Source: a virus
Taxonomy: Duplodnaviria; Caudoviricetes
Virus record (IMG/VR): IMGVR_UViG_3300027566_000015
Coordinates: 1-39,463 of that record
Direction: 5' to 3' (one strand)
DNA: 39,463 nt
The position numbers were made by a program, and so were the translations under genes. The notes under the pieces are model-generated. The model was not told the origin of the DNA and searched no databases. It saw only the letters and a program-made list of their open reading frames with translations. Positions 37,912-39,463 of the stretch are shown here, piece by piece (within the stretch, counting starts at the first letter, position 1; each line of letters begins with the position of its first letter).

Positions 37912-37998
37912 TTTAAAGGGGTCATACAGGCGTGTGGAAGGTGTGGGTAAGGTGTTTGTATCTTAATACGCTTCACACGCCTAAATGGTGGCTTTAAA
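37912..37998. other. Long intergenic stem-loop after nrdJ
   Basis: aggcgtgtg-gaag...cttcacacgcct core with outer tttaaag..cat/atg..ctttaaa pairing. Confidence 0.55.
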
Positions 37999-37999
37999 C

Positions 38000-39463
38000 T
38001 TATCTGAGAGGACATACCCCTGTTTCACATGAATCCATTGGTTCTAATTCGGTTTCTTTACTTTCATACTTAGAAAGTAAACTTGAATCAAAAGGTTTCA
38101 TGTTATTTTTTAACTCATAATATTTTTCTTCAGTAATTTCTTCATAAGGAGCAAGTTGATATGTCCCACCGTCAAGTGGCAAGAATGTTACTCCAATAAA
38201 TTCATCCCAACGTTCATAAATTATATTAAGTACTTCATCCCACTCATCATCTTTAACGTAAATAGTATTTGAAGAGTTATGGTCTGTATAATGAGTTTGG
38301 AAGGAGAAGTAATTTTCAAGTTGTTCTTTAACATTTGAAGAACCACGTTGTTTTTTAGTTTCACTTTTTACAGGGAAATCAATGACAAGTGTTCTAGCGT
38401 TTTCAATACAATTACCTGGTGTTCCTACTTCTGGATTAATTGTCCATTCTAATTCTTTAGCTACTTTGACAAGTGGGTCAGAAGCGTTAATTCTGATTCG
38501 TCTAATGTAGAATGGGGCGAAGTTTTCATGTAATCCAGGACTAACACCACCAGCTACTTGAGATAGAGTTCCTTCTGGTTTAATTGTTGTAGTTAATAAA
38601 GGAATAGGAATTCTTAAGAAATTAGAATAACGTAAACTTTCTTCAAAAGCAACTGTTCTTAGTGTTTCAAGTAAGTGCTTTTCTTTATCAGAATCGTATT
38701 CTAATGCTTCCATAGCATCTTTCCAACCAGTGAGGGAACAAGCAATGAGTCTATCTCTTTTTTGAGTGAAGTTGAATTCTGGTAATTCTAAATCAATACA
38801 TGCCATACGTAATCCTGCACGTACAGAGAGTGCTTGAGCTTGCATTAAGCCTGAAAAATCAAGAGTATTAGCAGGAGTAACAAACTGTCGTACATTAACA
38901 GTAGTAAGATTGCATACACCATTCGAATCAAGTAGGACTTCTCCACAAGGATTTACCCCTTCCATATTGGGTCTGCGTTTACTTGCCGCTTCAAAATTAA
39001 TAAATCCTGGTTCCCCTTCTGTTTTAATAAGTTCAAATATTTCAGTTAATCTTTCTTTAGTAGGTTTTGTTTTAAAACAAATACTATTATTAGACATGCG
39101 GCGGTGATGCATTTTGTAATCAGGACTGTTTATACCACACTTTGCATTTATTACTTCCTCATCATCATCATCACATAAAAAAATCTCAGCAGTACGTCTT
39201 ACTCCACCAACTACAACATTTGCTCCAATCAAATTACAAATATCAAGAATATGAATTGGTCTAGGTTGTACAAATACTTCTTCATCTTCATAATCTTTAT
39301 ATATTGTTTCATCCATTTTAGGATATCCTTCATAAAGAGTACCTTTAATAACTTTATTAATACCTTCAAACATTTCTTTTAAAGGTAAGTGTCCACTTGC
39401 AGTACCGCCAAAAGTACATAACCTTTCTCCTTGAGGACGAATAGAATTATAACTTATTTTAAC
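38000..39463 (-). CDS. nrdJ: Class II (adenosylcobalamin-dependent) ribonucleotide reductase, 5'-truncated by the window
   Basis: Frame stays open to the window end (SIRPQGERLCTFGGTASG); VVGGVRRTA, GEPG, NPCGE, CNL, KPEGT and C-terminal CETGVCPLR. Confidence 0.93.
   Translation of the reverse strand, partial: VKISYNSIRPQGERLCTFGGTASGHLPLKEMFEGINKVIKGTLYEGYPKMDETIYKDYEDEEVFVQPRPIHILDICNLIGANVVVGGVRRTAEIFLCDDDDEEVINAKCGINSPDYKMHHRRMSNNSICFKTKPTKERLTEIFELIKTEGEPGFINFEAASKRRPNMEGVNPCGEVLLDSNGVCNLTTVNVRQFVTPANTLDFSGLMQAQALSVRAGLRMACIDLELPEFNFTQKRDRLIACSLTGWKDAMEALEYDSDKEKHLLETLRTVAFEESLRYSNFLRIPIPLLTTTIKPEGTLSQVAGGVSPGLHENFAPFYIRRIRINASDPLVKVAKELEWTINPEVGTPGNCIENARTLVIDFPVKSETKKQRGSSNVKEQLENYFSFQTHYTDHNSSNTIYVKDDEWDEVLNIIYERWDEFIGVTFLPLDGGTYQLAPYEEITEEKYYELKNNMKPFDSSLLSKYESKETELEPMDSCETGVCPLR

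Noticed and set aside
606-39107. Antisense or shadow ORFs (e.g. 606..848, 2628..2840, 11094..11561, 23246..23713, 25092..25457, 38910..39107)
   Set aside because: They overlap well-supported genes on the opposite strand or in another frame and lack SDs or motifs.

Overview
AT-rich segment of a tailed bacteriophage genome, probably podovirus-like: no tape-measure, sheath or baseplate genes are seen, while adaptor/nozzle-like and very large ejection-type proteins are present. The host is probably an S-layer-bearing, possibly anaerobic Firmicute (Prp-type 'FDLQLFA' capsid leader, SLH-domain endolysin, class II RNR with ferredoxin:thioredoxin-reductase-like genes). Layout: (1) 1-8.8 kb, minus strand: two tRNAs, an HTH gene, a four-gene ubiquitin-like conjugation cassette (Ubl, E2-like, JAB peptidase, E1/ThiF), a duplicated small-gene array, ssb, DUF4326 and SLOG genes. 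(2) 8.8-10.6 kb: a non-coding, repeat-rich divergent control region with a candidate structured RNA and a consensus sigma-A promoter. (3) 10.6-35.7 kb, plus strand: packaging, virion and lysis genes, including a 2276-aa protein ending in an intact-looking thermonuclease domain. (4) 35.7-39.5 kb, minus strand: RusA, dUTPase, two FTR-like genes and a partial nrdJ. The most notable item is the phage-encoded, apparently complete Ubl/E1/E2/JAB system. Also notable are several genes with strong Shine-Dalgarno sites but only near-cognate start codons (CTG, ATA, ATT, ATC) and an apparent avoidance of GATC. All protein assignments come from motif recognition by eye, not database searches.
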